64,000 nt of DNA from Sphaerodactylus townsendi (taxonomy: Eukaryota), in assembly GCF_021028975.2 (NCBI RefSeq), contig NC_059439.1, positions 22,940,001-23,004,000 of the forward strand. Direction: 5' to 3'. Shown piece by piece: positions 36,145-49,278 of this stretch (positions within the stretch are counted from its first letter, which is position 1; each line of letters opens with the position of its first letter). The translations under genes were made by a program, and so were the position numbers. Below the pieces are notes generated by a model. That model saw nothing but the letters and a program-made list of their open reading frames with translations. It did not search any database and was not told the DNA's origin.

Positions 36145-38214
36145 CCCCATCCCCGAAGGGCTCTGGGCGGTGTACAGCACATAAAAGCAACAATGTAAAA
36201 CAATCAGACATTAAAGCAGCAATAAAAGCTAAAATTACAGTTGTGCAGTGCATTGGCGTCCAATTTTCCAGATTAAAATTCCCCCCTCCCCCGAAAAAGG
36301 CCATGTCATCTGGCCTCCCGTGGGCACAAGGGGGGGAAGGGAGTAGTCAGACGCCATCCACATTTTAAAATGGGTTCTGTTTTTATATAATTGATATTAA
36401 ATTATGTTTTAATGTATGTTTTAACCTGTTGTGAACCGCCCTGAGCCTTCAGGGGGAGGGCAGTATATAAAACTATTAATAAATAAATAAAAATAAAATG
36501 TTCAGGCAGCCCTCCTTTGGGCATGTCTGCATCACTCCCAGGCACAGCATGATACAGATAGCTTGCCATATCTCCCCATGATGTCCTAGAGGAGCTTTAA
36601 AAAGTGCACAGGCTGCTGCTCTAGACAGCAAGAATGCAAAAGCCGACTCACTGGCACTTGTGACTCTTAACCTGCTGCTGTTCAGCAAAGTCTACTGTTC
36701 AAATTCTATGTTCCTCTCTGGCATTGGGTATTGATTGAGGCCTGTCTCCACCTCTTCTGACCCACCCACTCATGCCACTCCAGCCCAACACCTCCTCCCA
36801 TCTCTATGAATTCCCACTGAGACTTCTCAGAAAAAATGTCCACTTCATACAGGTGAAGAGCTGGGGTTGGGTTTGCAAGAGGCTCCTGGTGGGATATATT
36901 TTGTTAGTCTTCACAATGCCATTGGACTCCTCTTTGACTAAGTGAAAGTAAACTGACATGGTTGCATCCCCTTCCCACTCATATGGTCTGCTACATTTTG
37001 TGTGCAGTGTGTGGCTGGAGGGTTGGGAGGGTGGTTCACGGGGGGGGAACTTGCGAGTTGTTGCAGGGGGGTCACTGTGATGAAAGGGTGCTGAGGGCAG
37101 TAATGGGCTCTTGTGTATGGTGCAAGTTAGTTCAAGGGCATGCCTACCAGATTTCAATCCTGGCTTGTGTTTTTTTTTTAAGCTGGGCTGTCCTCTCCCC
37201 TTTTTGAAGTCTGCATCCCATCCTTTCCATGTGGGGATGAAACCAGGGCCCTTGGCTATGCCATTCCTGCACCTTTCCATGTGAGTCCTTACAATGGTGA
37301 TATCAGAACTTCAAAGAAATGACAAATTCCCAAAGGCATTTCTCCTTTTCAAGTGCTCGGTTGGTCCAGTGGTTAGGTCACTTGATTAGGATGAGGTGGG
37401 AGTGAGATCAAGCCAAGCCTCTGACTTATGCTTTATCAGGAGCTACACTAGGACTTAAAAACTTCTCTATGCACCCCGAAGGGAGAGATATGGCATTAAG
37501 AAATGGTAGTCACATTGGCAGGCATCGATTGACTGGACCTGTCTTTGTGTCTTGGAGGAATATCATTGGCCACTGCTCCAAGATATTTCTGGGTTTGCTA
37601 GGGACTCTGGCAAGCTAAGTATGACTCTTTGCCTGGTGTTTCCTCTTCAGTCCAGTGAATGTTCATAGGGAATGAACCATGGGCACCACTATTATGCTGT
37701 GCCAGCCCTCAAGATTGGGCTTCCTGAAACATGAAACAGCTTTAAAATATGCATTAATCAAAACTACAGAGTCTAAAGGAAGGGATTGTGCAATATTAAT
37801 AGTGTGACCTATATGTGAGCCATTCTGCTTCTGCAACAAAATCACAGAATTACTCCTTATTAATTGCAGCCACATACAACTGTAGGGGTGGCCTGTATAC
37901 TGAAAAGAAAATAATAGAAGAGCCTTATATATCAAATACATAGAACATTTTTTTTCTGGTACAGGAGATTTTCATCATTTGTACAGATATATCAATTCAT
38001 AGCCATTGTTTACATAGATATGGGGGATAGGATGGGACATGAATCCAATAAAATAAATAAATAAATAATGTTCCAATCATATTATATTTGGTAGAAATAT
38101 CCTGCCTGTTAGAATAAATACAATGAATTTTTTAAAAAATACATCAGTAACCATAACAGCAGAACACAGCTATTCATGCTAGTATAAACTGGCTTAACTT
38201 CATTGGGAAGTTTA

Positions 38215-39466
38215 TCAAATCATTAGGCAAAATCCAAACCATTTCTTGAACATTTTCTGCACGGCTACATGGATTTCTTTGTTTTTCAGGCTATAAATAA
38301 TCGGATTCAGGAGTGGTGGCAAAATGGTGTACAATACAGCAGCCGTCAGGTCTACCGATATAGAAGACATGGATTTTGGTTTCATATAAGAAAAAAAAAT
38401 AGTAGAGACAAACAAGGAAAGCACAATCAAGTGTGGGATGCAGGTAGAAAAGGCTTTAGACCTGGCCTGGTGAGACTTAATTTTCAGCACGTTTTGCAAG
38501 ATGAAACCATAAGAAGTCACTATACCGAAAAAGCAAAATGAACCAATAACAACTCCTTCAATAACAACCACCACCACATTGGCAGTTGTATCAGTGCAAG
38601 AAATCATTAATAATTGGGGGATATCACAAAAATATTGTTCCATCTTAGAGCTGCAAAAATGTAACCTGAATGTGTTTGCAGTGTGCATGGCAGCATGGAT
38701 TATGCTGCTGATCCAAGACGCTGCTGCCATTTAGATGCTAGTATTCCAGTTCATCAACACTGTGTATTGTAGAGGATAACAAATTGCTACATAGCGGTCA
38801 TAAGCCATCACAGTGAGAAAGGTCAGCTCAACACCTACACCTGTCACCACTAAGAACACTTGTGCAACACATCCAGGGAAAGAAATCTGTGTGTTGTTTG
38901 TCCATGAAATTGCCATGGATTTGGGGACAGTGGCAGAGATATAGCAAGCATCTGATAAAGAGAGGTTGGCTAGGAAGAAATACATGGGATTGTGAAGGGA
39001 CTGATTCTGGACTACAGTCAGCATCAAAAGGAAGTTCCCCGCCAAGGCTGCTGAGTAAATGGAAAGAAATGTCACAAAGTGTAAAATCTGGAGCTCTCGG
39101 AGATCAGAAAATCCCAAAAGGAAGAAGGCTGTGACAGTTTGATTCCCCCTTCCTTCAGTGAGACGAACCCTTGAAAGAAAGAAAAGGAAACATATCATTG
39201 AGAAATGAAACTAATGGAGGATCCATGTCTGGGCTTTGGAACAAAAGCCTAGGGACATAGATACAAAGCAGGGTCTGTCACATTTGAAGCACATGTTCCC
39301 ATCAGTACCATTGACTCAGAGTCTAAAGTTAACTGATGTTGGTGGTGGTGGAAAAATTCATCAACATATAGCTGTTTCAAGGGTTTCAAGACTAGTGACT
39401 AGTACAGGTGGTTTGCCATTACCTGTCTCTGCACAGCAACTTTGGACTTCCTTGCTGGTCTCCCAT
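38215..39466 (-). pseudogene. OR14-like pseudogene (copy 1)
   Basis: PMYFFLANLS, MAYDRYVAIC, QYFCDIPQLL, KAFSTCIPHL. In-frame TAA at 38731-33 where paralogs have CAA. The usual start is AGG (39148-50). The span includes the putative mini-exon 39423-39466. Confidence 0.9.
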
Positions 39467-39561
39467 CTCAAATACTTGTTGATATTTCTCTCCCTGTTAA
39501 GAGATACCTTTGCATTACAGCAGAGTGCACGGAGGCAAAACACAGCAGAGCTGAACCAGGA

Positions 39562-39564
<3 letters not shown>

Positions 39565-39640
<76 letters not shown>
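39565..39640. repeat. (TG)n microsatellite
   Basis: About 38 units. Paralogous sites have about 6-7. Confidence 0.98.
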
Positions 39641-39641
<1 letters not shown>

Positions 39642-40241
39642 AAAACAAAAGACGCTCAGAGCCAATTCATAGCTTCTATCTCATAAGAGGAGCCTTTGTT
39701 AGTGACCTCCATTCTTGATAGAACAATTGAGAGATAGGTCCTCTATTCTAATCTAACTAGCTGGATGGTGAGGGATGCTGTCTGCATCTCTCTGCACATA
39801 TAGTGGAAGATGAAGGAATGTGTGCAAGAATGGTGATTTGTGAGTGAAGGAGAAGCAGGAAGGAAGGAAGTTTCTTGAGAATTGCAATCTACACATCAAA
39901 GTGCTAATGTCAGAACAGTGGAGAAAGAGATCTCAGTGTCTTGACCTCCTAGCGATCTGACTTACTGATCAGTCCCCCCGCCCCCGTCACTGAGGCAGAA
40001 GATAGTGCACAGTCTTTCTCTTCCAACAATACTGACCAGGGCCAACTCTGCTTAGATTAGAAGTTATTATAGAATTTCCAACAAAACACAGCTTCCTAAG
40101 TCTTTTTTTGTTCAAAATTAATGCATTCCAAACCATTACATAACTGAATGTTTGAAGATGCTTAAAAATGAAGACAAAGATATGCCAATTGTACTGAGAT
40201 CAATATCCAACCATCATCCAATTTTTATTGAACAGTGGATC

Positions 40242-40244
<3 letters not shown>

Positions 40245-40303
<59 letters not shown>
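40245..40303. repeat. (TC)n microsatellite
   Basis: About 29 units. Absent at the paralogous sites (about 50025, about 59472). Confidence 0.98.
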
Positions 40304-40308
<5 letters not shown>

Positions 40309-40661
40309 GTTTTGAGAATATGATCAATGGTCATTAAGTGTATAGCCTGATAAGTAACCAGAAATCAGGTGTGGAACATTCTCTCTCCCTATTATTTGGT
40401 CTTCTTGAATTCTGATACATATTGTACTTGTCTACCATGGATTATAGCTGTTGACAGAATTAGTCTCTGTGATTGTGACTAATCATGAATAAATCTACAG
40501 CTGCCACATTCGGTAGTTGGGAATTCCATATACTATGAGACACTGTAACTATTACTTATACACACAATTATGCTCTCATTTGAATTTCAAGTTATTTAGG
40601 CTTTCTTGCCACCAACATGCCCTGTTCCCTTGATAAGTTTGGCGACTTTTTGATTCCCTTC

Positions 40662-41722
40662 TCAGCAGCAATCCAAGTATTTAAAGTAAAGGAACTTTCT
40701 CAAAGTTTATGTTGCATCCCAGTCTGGATTACACCTTTAAACAAGGCTGTTGAAAGTGTGCAAGCTTCTTTCTTTAGACCTACCTTAGGAGTCAAAAATG
40801 TGTCCCTTACTTGGCCATGTGTGCTGAACTAGGTCAAAGTCATGTTGAAGTCATGGCTCGGATTGCCACTTTTAAATACTGGATCAAAACACATTTTAGA
40901 AATAACACAAGCCTACTGGATTTCCTAAAGAGCAATTCTTACTGGTCCAAATGTTCTCAAGCAGTTATGCTAAAATTAACACAGATTGGAATTGCTTTTG
41001 ATTCATCATTACTTTTGGATGAAAGAAATATATTTACATCAATTAAACAGAGAATATTGGACCAGGAGCATCAACAATTCTTTCCTGCTCAGCCATTTGT
41101 GTGTTCTCCTGCTTTTATTGGCATTCAGAACCAACTGGGTTGCATGAGCCAATATTTTTATTTCCTTGAAGTTCTCGCCCAAAGAAGAGCTTTTACTCTA
41201 GCACACATGAATGCTTTTCCTTTCAGTGTTCTCTCTGGCAGATATCTACATATCCACGATCATGAGAGACTATGTCCATGTTGGGCTGGGACGCCTGATT
41301 CATTCATTCACATTATTCTAGAATGCCACTTATTTGCTGAGCCTCATAGTATATTTTTTTCACCTTCATGACGGTGAAAATTTTCCTTCAATAATGCTCA
41401 GAACATTCTGTTCCTATTGTCAGGCTCTAATAAGGAGTTATCCATTTGAGTAACTCAATTTTTATTAACACTGTTACCCTTAGATAAATAAGGGTTTTAT
41501 TTACATTTCAGTCAAATGTATTAGCTGACTATGGACTATTTTAATTGACTTAGTAATTTTATCTGTGTTGGATTTTAATATTTGAATCAGCATTTTCTTT
41601 TACAATATGGAATACCTAAACTGGATATTATTTATAGAGATCATTTTATTGTTCACTGCAAATGTTATACTCATTTTGTACTTGAATTATGCCTATTAAA
41701 GGTATTAAGAATAAGAATAAAG
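40662..41722 (+). mobile_element. 5'-truncated LINE with C-terminal CCHC domain
   Basis: 10-bp TSD GATTCCCTTC. ORF 40811-41371 RRAFTLAHMN..GRY..RLCPC..HIILEC. (AAGAAT)n tail. Empty sites at about 50378 and about 59781. Confidence 0.85.
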
Positions 41723-42299
41723 GATTCCCTTCCCACCATTTTGAGATGATGATACCATTATTGAAACGCTATAAAATGTCAATAGGAATTATTTAAGTAC
41801 TTTGAATATCTTATTTAAGTACCTTGCATCACTGGAGGATTCTGAGTCAACCATTGCTCTGTGTTCCATACCAGAAGGATGATTCCTCTGTCCTTCTGCT
41901 TGAAATGCTGTTGTGCAATTACAGATAAAACACTCAAACAATTGCAAGCCTTCAGGAAACAACAATGTAAAGTTCCTTGCTGCTTTTCCCTTTGAGATGC
42001 TGAGCTGTTCAAGGAAGGAGGAAGAATGGGAGATCTGGAAGAGCTTGATCCATGGTTGTCCTAATGTATCTAGCAAGTGCTCCCTGGAGTCTTGTGTAAC
42101 CCAGCAGCATAAATTAAAAGTAATGAAGTAAAACTATTTCCTGGCATACAGACTTCTTTGGTATTACAAAATTATGGAAAAGACCATGAAGCAGACTTTC
42201 TCTGTTGCTTAGTGAAGAACTGATGCATTCTGGGGGCTGGATCCAGCCTGCTGCTGGTGTAATATTGCTGAAATTCTCTTTCATCAGGAAAAAGCCAGG

Positions 42300-42990
42300 A
42301 CTGTCAATATACATCTTACCAGGCTCTACTTCTCTTAAAGACTTGAAGAAAACTTTTTCTGTCTTTTATACCATCCTAACACCTCTGGTCAACACTCATA
42401 TATAGTCTGTGAAACAAAGATATTAAAGGCCATTTCCGCATGGGCGGAATATGGCAGCCTGGGGACAGCAAAAACGCCATCCCCAGGCTGCCATTCGCAC
42501 AGGGGGAGCAGCTCCTTCGCAGCCACGCTGCCCTCGCGCTGCCCGCCCAGCGCCGAGCCGGCGTTTCCAGATTGCACTGGGAAGCGCACTTTTCTGGCAA
42601 CGCCGGCTGGAAGCTTCCCGGTGCTTTCCCCCACTCCCTCCCTTCCCTTACCTGCTCTCTGGCCCTCCGGCGCGTCGCCAGGGCCTGGGGACACGCCCCC
42701 CTGCTCTGCGACAGGGAAGCAGGCATGCAGGGCAGGGGAGGCATGTCCCCAGGCCCTGACGAAGTGCTGGAGGGCCGGAGAGCAGGTAAGTCGACCATGC
42801 GGACGGTCCCAGCATCGTCAGGTCGACGTCAGAAACGCCGACCCAAGCCCTTCCGCCTCCATGCGAAAAGGGCCCAAGACTCTCTTCAGAGATTTGAAAT
42901 TACAGTATTTGGCAGAGTTCAGGCATTGAAATATAAAAGTAAGACTGCATCGTGCTTAAAACAGGAAACCAGAGAATTCTTGAAATAGTG
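42300..42990 (+). pseudogene. OR 3' fragment (end of TM6 to C-tail) duplicated from the OR 31049 lineage, split by MITE C
   Basis: [29 protein letters not shown], a frameshift, SL*NKD, then DSLQRFEITVFG after the MITE. Confidence 0.85.
42428..42874. mobile_element. GC-rich Harbinger-type MITE C (447 bp)
   Basis: TIRs GGCCATTTCCGCATG / CATGCGAAAAGGGCC, flanks AAA/CAA. Inverted relative of MITE A with an internal deletion. Empty sites at about 32432 and about 60413. Confidence 0.88.
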
Positions 42991-43139
42991 AAAAGCCAAG
43001 ATCACAATTCAGAACACATTCACTAAGGATTAAACCTCATTTTGTTTTGTGGAACTAATATCAGAGCAAACTCACTTACCAATGTCCTGTGTGTTTGCCT
43101 TTACTACTTTTTGGTTGCTATAAGTAATGAATCAGATCC

Positions 43140-43796
43140 TGTTATGGAAAATATATTGATAAGTTGTGAGGTTTTCAGATATATATGCAGACTATATGCT
43201 ATATGCTTGTGTGGTGTTAAGAAATAGGTTTCAAACATGCTTTAGATATAAGTGCAAACTTTGCCCTAGCTATTTCAAAATTGTTTATTAAACCTGATGC
43301 TCCTAGCTCGCATGGAAACAAGAAGTGGTGTGCCTACGTGCAGGGAAAAAGGGAACTGACACCCACATGTGAGGTGTACACGGGTACATGGGTACATGGG
43401 TACAAAGTTGCCGTGAAATGGAAATAACCGTTGTGCTGGCTGGAAATAACCATTGCTTAATAACCTGTTGCTTAAAGCGGGTGAAACTAACAGAATAACA
43501 AGTTACGGGGATTTTTGGGGTGGGTTAGTAAGATTTGTAATACTGCCTTTTTAGGAAGATTGTGAGCCTTGGGTCAGTCCTAAGAGCCATGTGGTGTTTT
43601 GGGATTGGTCCAGGAGACAGAGAGGGGATGCTTTAAATTGAGCTGCGCTGCGATGCAGACTTCAGAGAGCCACACCCTGACCCGGTTGGTTCTCTCCACC
43701 TCTATATAAACGTGTTCCTGAATAAACTGCTTCCTGCTGACTGCTGCATTTGTGAGTATTGATTTGATTGGGGATATCTGAAAGTACTCCATAACA
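43140..43796 (+). mobile_element. solo LTR (657 bp)
   Basis: Perfect 9-bp terminal inverted repeat TGTTATGGA / TCCATAACA, 4-bp TSD ATCC, AATAAA at 43721. Empty sites at about 32687 and about 60667. Confidence 0.88.
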
Positions 43797-43847
43797 ATCC
43801 TAACAACTTTTCTGCTCAATATGTTATTATTGATTCTTACTATTTAA

Positions 43848-46315
43848 TCATAGAATCATGAAGTTGGAAAAGACCCCAAGGGTCATCAAGTCCAACTTCC
43901 TGTAATACAGGAACACATAATCAACGCACTCCTGACAGATGGCCATCCAACCTCTCTTTGAAAACCTCCAAAGAAGGACACTCCACCACACTTTTAGGTA
44001 ATGCATTCCACTATCCAACAGCCCTGACTTTCAGGAATTTTTTTCTGATGTTTAGGTGGAATCTCTTTGCCTTCACCTTGAATCCGTTACTCCTGGTCCT
44101 AGTCTTTGGAACAGCCCAAAACAAGCTGCTCCCTCACCAACATGACATGCCTTCAAATATCTAAACAGGGCAATTACGTCAACACTTAACCTTCTGTTCA
44201 CCAAACTAAACATACCCAGCTCCCTAAATTACTCCTTGTAGGGCATAGATTCCACACCTTTTACCATTTTGGTTGCCCTCTCCTGGACCCACTCCAGCTT
44301 GTCAATATCTATCTTTAATTGCAGTGTCCAGAACCATACACAATATCCCAGTTGATGTCTAACCAATGCAGAATACAGAGGTACAGTTACATCCCTCCAT
44401 TTAGACACTATATTCCTATTGATACAGCCCATTATCACATTGGCTTTCTTGGCTCCCACATCACACTGCTGCCTTATGTTCAGTTTGTGGTCTACTGAGA
44501 CTCCCAGATCCCTTTCGCATGTAGTGTAGTCAAGCCAAGTGTCACCCATCTTATATCTGTGCATTTTGTTACCCAGCTTTCACAGGTTGTGAACTTATTT
44601 TTAAGGAATCTCCACCAGCTGCTAAGAGTGTAACAGCACACAAATATTTTAAAGTAGCAATGGGGAAAATAACTTGGCTTGGCAATGCGAGAGGCAGGCT
44701 GGGTTGGGATCTTTTTACACTATGTATACCAGAAACAGCTTGAAACATATCTGCAGAGAATTCACAAAAGACCAAATTGCAGTTTAAATATTTTTATATA
44801 CGTTTTGGTTGCAGACAATCACACAGTGAGACGTTCAGACACATACACACAGTTCCTAAGTATATAGATAGGGAGGAAAAGATAGGTGGGAAGATAGACT
44901 GGGATTTGGGGAAGCAGGGGGTCATACGTTACCTAAATTCAGCTGAAGAAGATCTTGGAGAAGGCAAGGATTCAAATGACCAGCATCTGAATCCAGGCGA
45001 AGGACGAATTGGTGTCTTACACCAACAAGACCAAGGGAGGTACAGGTTAGCAATGAGCACTGGAGTTGGGGTGCACAGTACTTTTATACCCTTCTGTGTG
45101 GGTAGGGGTGGGCACAGGTAAGTTTAAGTTTCGTTTTCCTAAATTCTCTGGAATTTCCCATGCTGGTTTTGCTGGCTTGAGCTAATCAAAAGCTCATCTA
45201 TTGTTCTAAGTACCTGGGACAATGGAGTCAATTGCTCTTAGATTAAATCAGGAAGCACATAATGGCTTTATGCAGAGTAACTCTTTGGAGCCTCCACTCA
45301 GGTTATTCAAATTTGGCTGAGGCTTGTGATTAGGAAGGGATGATTGGTTGAGGGAGATTGTATCAATAGGTTGAGGGAATGCAAGGAAGCAACCATTTGT
45401 TGCAGAGCCATTTTCTGAAAAGGTAGTGAAATGTAGCAGCAAGTACCAAGGAGGTTTTCAGTGTCTATTGTGTCAAAATAGTTCAGTGAGGTGTGGTAAT
45501 CAAGATCATGTCCATAGTTAATGAGGCTTCCAGATTCACTGGAGTAACTCATTCATTGATTTAACCTTGCTAAACAGACCTTTTGCTTGTGGCCTGCTTC
45601 TAAGTGGACACACTGCTATACACACAAAATATGAGAGGTGGCTTCTGCCAATGTAGTTTAACAGGAAAATATTCTGAAATAATATATTTTGGGGTGTCAA
45701 GGGCAAGGCTAACAATTTCATTTTTTCTGCCTAAGTGTAGTATATTACATTTATCTCTGCTGACATTAATTTTGTTTGTTTTGGCCCAGCCCTCTAATCT
45801 GTTTAGGTCATTTTGAATTCTGTCTCTGGGGTATTAGCTACCTCACCTATTTCAGTGTCATCTACAAATTTTATTAGTATGCCTTCTATTCCATCATCCA
45901 AGTTGTTGATAAAAATATTCAATTGCACTGGGCCCAGGACAAAATCCTGTGAACCCCACTAATCACTTCTCTCCAGGATGAAGATGAGTAATTGATGAGC
46001 ATCCTTTGAGTTTGGACCATCAACCAATTACAAATCCATCTAATAGTAGCATTGTCTAGTCCACATTTCACTAAATTACTTGCGAGAATATTATGGGGCA
46101 CCTTGTCAAAAGCTTTACTAAAATCAAGATATGCTACATCCACAGCATTCCATTCATCTACCAAGCTTGTCACTCTATTAAAAAAAAGAGAGATAACATT
46201 AGTCTGGCATGACTTGTTTCTCAGAAACCCATACTGACTTTTTGTGATCACAGTATTCCCTTCAAAGTACTGGCAGACCATTCATTTAATGATCTGCTCC
46301 AGAATCTTTCCTGGT
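43848..46315 (-). mobile_element. CR1 LINE 3' portion, split by a solo LTR
   Basis: SQYGFLRNKSCQTN, VDVAYLDFSKAFDKVPH, ERDLGVSVDHKLN..QCDV, PLYSALVR. Tail is the reverse complement of (ATTCTATG)n at about 43848. Confidence 0.9.
44567..45714 (-). mobile_element. solo LTR (1148 bp) nested in CR1
   Basis: TGTTA...TAACA ends and 4-bp TSD ATTT. The paralogous CR1 at about 55195 is uninterrupted. Orientation tentative, from a minus-strand TATAAAA at about 45085. Confidence 0.85.
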
Positions 46316-46999
46316 AATCTAATTTACTTGTCTGTAACAGACACAAAAAATGGGAAGAGGAGGCAGAAACTAATTTGTCACCAAGCTCTTTGGAGAAATA
46401 GGGTAATTCAGTAAAATAAGTGGATTAATTAATAACTGGAATTCTAGTAGGGTAGACATGTTAAATTGTTGCAGCAAAAAAACAAAGAAAAATAGCTTTA
46501 CATTAAGTAGAAGCTTTTCTAGGCTAGAATCTCCTTTGTCAGAAAAGTGAAGTGTCACAAGCCTCCTTTTTTCTTGTTAAAATAAGAATGTGTTGGCCAA
46601 TCATAAAACAAAACCCTCATTCAACTTAGAAATTTTGTCACAACACTTTACTTTCCTTTTAAAATTCTCATTAGTTTTACTCAAGCAAACGTGCTTCCTA
46701 ATAGTCTTCAGATGGTATCTTAAGGATGTGTGAAAAATCTTTAAAATTAATATGTATAATATACCTTAACTGCAAGTGCTTGAAGAACTAACATTAAAAT
46801 ACAATGTTAAATAAAATTAACAATAATTAAATAACAACGTGAATCCAAAGACTGCCCCTCTAACACCACAAAAACATCAATTCGATTGCACATAAATTTT
46901 TATATGGATTGATTTGATGCGTTTTGGTCAGACAGGTGTTCTTCAGAGGTTCAGATATATAGACACAAACACAAACAGTAGTTATGAAAGAGCAAAAAT

Positions 47000-47625
47000 G
47001 CTGCATTCAAACTTATGTTTAGGAGCACGAAAGACACTGTCGGCTTAACCACCCTGAAAAATCTGCAGTTGCAGAACATGTCTTAAACAAAATGGGACAT
47101 AACATTTTATTTGAAAACACTGAAATTCTGGACAATTCGAAGGCTACTTTGTCAGACTGCTCAGGGAAGCCATGGAAATTCACAAACACCAAGACAATTT
47201 CAATAGGAAAGAAGAGACTTTGAAAATTAGCAAAGCTTGGCTACCAGTACTTAAAAACACCAAAAGCAAACCCCGAAGGCATGCTAAATTCATGAACAAT
47301 GGACTCCACCCAAACACAGGATTTGCATTCACCAATACTACTGCTGCTGCAGGGCATGAAAATGTGAATCACTCCCTGGACTGATAAGCCCCACCCGCAA
47401 TACAATACTATCTACCACATCTTTGCATAACAAGTTCCACCCAAACACTTACTGATTGGTTCTCCACCCTGGGACATGGACAATTTATACCCCAAACATT
47501 TCCTTCTCTCTGGACACAGTGGGTAACAGACTTCCCTCTGTGATACACCTCTGAAGATGCCAACCACAGATGCAGGCAAAACGTTAGGAACAAAATCCAC
47601 CAGACCATGGTCACACAGCCCAGAG
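47000..47625 (+). mobile_element. Penelope-like element 3' end (GIY-YIG endonuclease remnant and hammerhead)
   Basis: EHERHCRLNHPEKSAVAEHVLN..HNILFENTEILD..REAMEIHKHQDNFNRKEE. Hammerhead-like motif at 47548-47588. Confidence 0.85.
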
Positions 47626-48309
47626 AGTGGGCTTTCCAAAACATAAAACAGCTTTGAAAGATACATTAATCAAAACCAAAGAGTCTAAAGGATGGGATTG
47701 TGCAATATTGATACCGTGATCTCTATGTGAGTCATTCAACTTCGACAACAAGATCACAGAAAGACTCTTTATCAGTTGCAACCACATACAAGTGTACGGG
47801 TAGACTGTATGTTCAAAAGAAAATAATAGAAGAACCTTATACATCAAACATATAGAACAATATTACCCAAAATGCAAATTTTTCTGGTACAGGAATGTAT
47901 CATAATTCATATAGATACAGCCATTTATAGCCATTGTTAAACTAGATATATAAGTTCTGTTACAATTATGCTATACATGGTAGAAATATGATGCCAATGA
48001 GAATACATCAGTAGCTATAACAGCATAACACAGCTATTTATTCTAGTATCAAAAGAAGAACCTTATACATCAAACATATACAACAATATTACCCAACATG
48101 CACATTTTTCTGGAACAGAAGATTTATCACCATTTGTAAAGATATAGCCATTTACAGCCATTGTTTACATAGATATATAAATTTACAATTATATTATACA
48201 TGGTAGAAATATGATGCCAATGAGAATACATCAGTAGCCATAACAGTACAACACAGCTATTCACGCTAGTATCAATTGGGTTCAGTTCAGTGGGAAGTTT
48301 ATCAAATCT

Positions 48310-49278
48310 TCAGGCAAAATCCAGCCATTTCTTGAACATTTTCTGCGTGGCTACATGGATTTCTTTGTTTTTCAGACTATAAATAATGGGATTCAGGAGT
48401 GGTGGCAAAATGGTGTACAATACAGCAGCCGTCAGGTCTACTGATATAGACGACATGGATTTTGGTCTCATATAACAAAACATAGCAGTAGAGAGAAACA
48501 AGGAAAGCACAGTCAAGTGTGGGATGCAGGTGGAAAAGGCTTTTGACCTGGCCTTAGCTGATTTAATTTTTAGCACGTTTTGCAAGATGAACCCATAAGA
48601 AGTTAATATACTGAAAAAGCAAAATGAGCAAACAACAACTCCTTCAATAACAAGACCCACTACTATGGCAGTTGTATCAGTGCAAGAAATCATTAATAAT
48701 TGGGGGATACCACAAAAATATTGTTCAATCTTAGAGCTGCAAAAATGTAACCTGAATGTGTTTGCAGTGTGCATAGCAGCATGAATCATGCTGCTGATCC
48801 AAGACGCTGCTGCCATTTGGATGCAAGTATTCCAGTTCATCAACACTGTGTATTGTAGAGGATGACAAATTGCTACATAGCGGTCGTAAGCCATCACAGT
48901 GAGAAAGGTCAGCTCGACACCTGCACCAGTCACCACTAAGAACACTTGTGCGACACATCCAGGGAAAGAAATCTGTGTGTTGTTTGTCCATGAAATTGCC
49001 AGGGATTTGGGGACAGTTGCAGAGATAAAGCAAACATCTGATAAAGAGAGGTTGCTTAGGAAGAAATACATGGGATTGTGAAGGGACTGATTCTGGACTA
49101 CAGTCAGCATCAAAAGGAAGTTCCCCACTAAGGCTGCTGAGTAAATGGAAAGAAATGTCACAAAGTGTAAAATCTGGAGCTCTGGGAGATCAGAAAATCC
49201 CAAAAGAGATAAGGCTGTGACAGTTTGATTCCCCCTTCCTTCAGTGAGACGAACCCTTGTAGAAAGAAAAGGAAACAT
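48310..49278 (-). CDS. OR14-like receptor (copy 2), open frame, start uncertain
   Basis: Open 7TM frame. The usual ATG is AGG (49234-36). The only upstream in-frame ATG (49276-78, giving 322 aa) lies within the acceptor tract. FCD is changed to FCG. Confidence 0.6.
   Translation of the reverse strand: MFPFLSTRVRLTEGRGNQTVTALSLLGFSDLPELQILHFVTFLSIYSAALVGNFLLMLTVVQNQSLHNPMYFFLSNLSLSDVCFISATVPKSLAISWTNNTQISFPGCVAQVFLVVTGAGVELTFLTVMAYDRYVAICHPLQYTVLMNWNTCIQMAAASWISSMIHAAMHTANTFRLHFCSSKIEQYFCGIPQLLMISCTDTTAIVVGLVIEGVVVCSFCFFSILTSYGFILQNVLKIKSAKARSKAFSTCIPHLTVLSLFLSTAMFCYMRPKSMSSISVDLTAAVLYTILPPLLNPIIYSLKNKEIHVATQKMFKKWLDFA

Noticed and set aside
35523-36368. ORFs spanning N runs (also 2185-2415)
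   Set aside because: Artefacts of translating through assembly gaps.
38731-39198. Two separate genes (155 aa and 171 aa) and the N-termini MICFLFF, MTCFLFF and MICHLQ
   Set aside because: It is one OR split by a CAA>TAA change. The extensions are translations of intronic acceptor tracts.
39236-39718. (CV)n and (HT)n ORFs
   Set aside because: Translations of the TG microsatellite.
41789-42131. ORFs recurring in three copies (41789, 50340, 59818)
   Set aside because: Recurrence is due to segmental duplication. Frames differ by indels between copies and no domain is recognisable.
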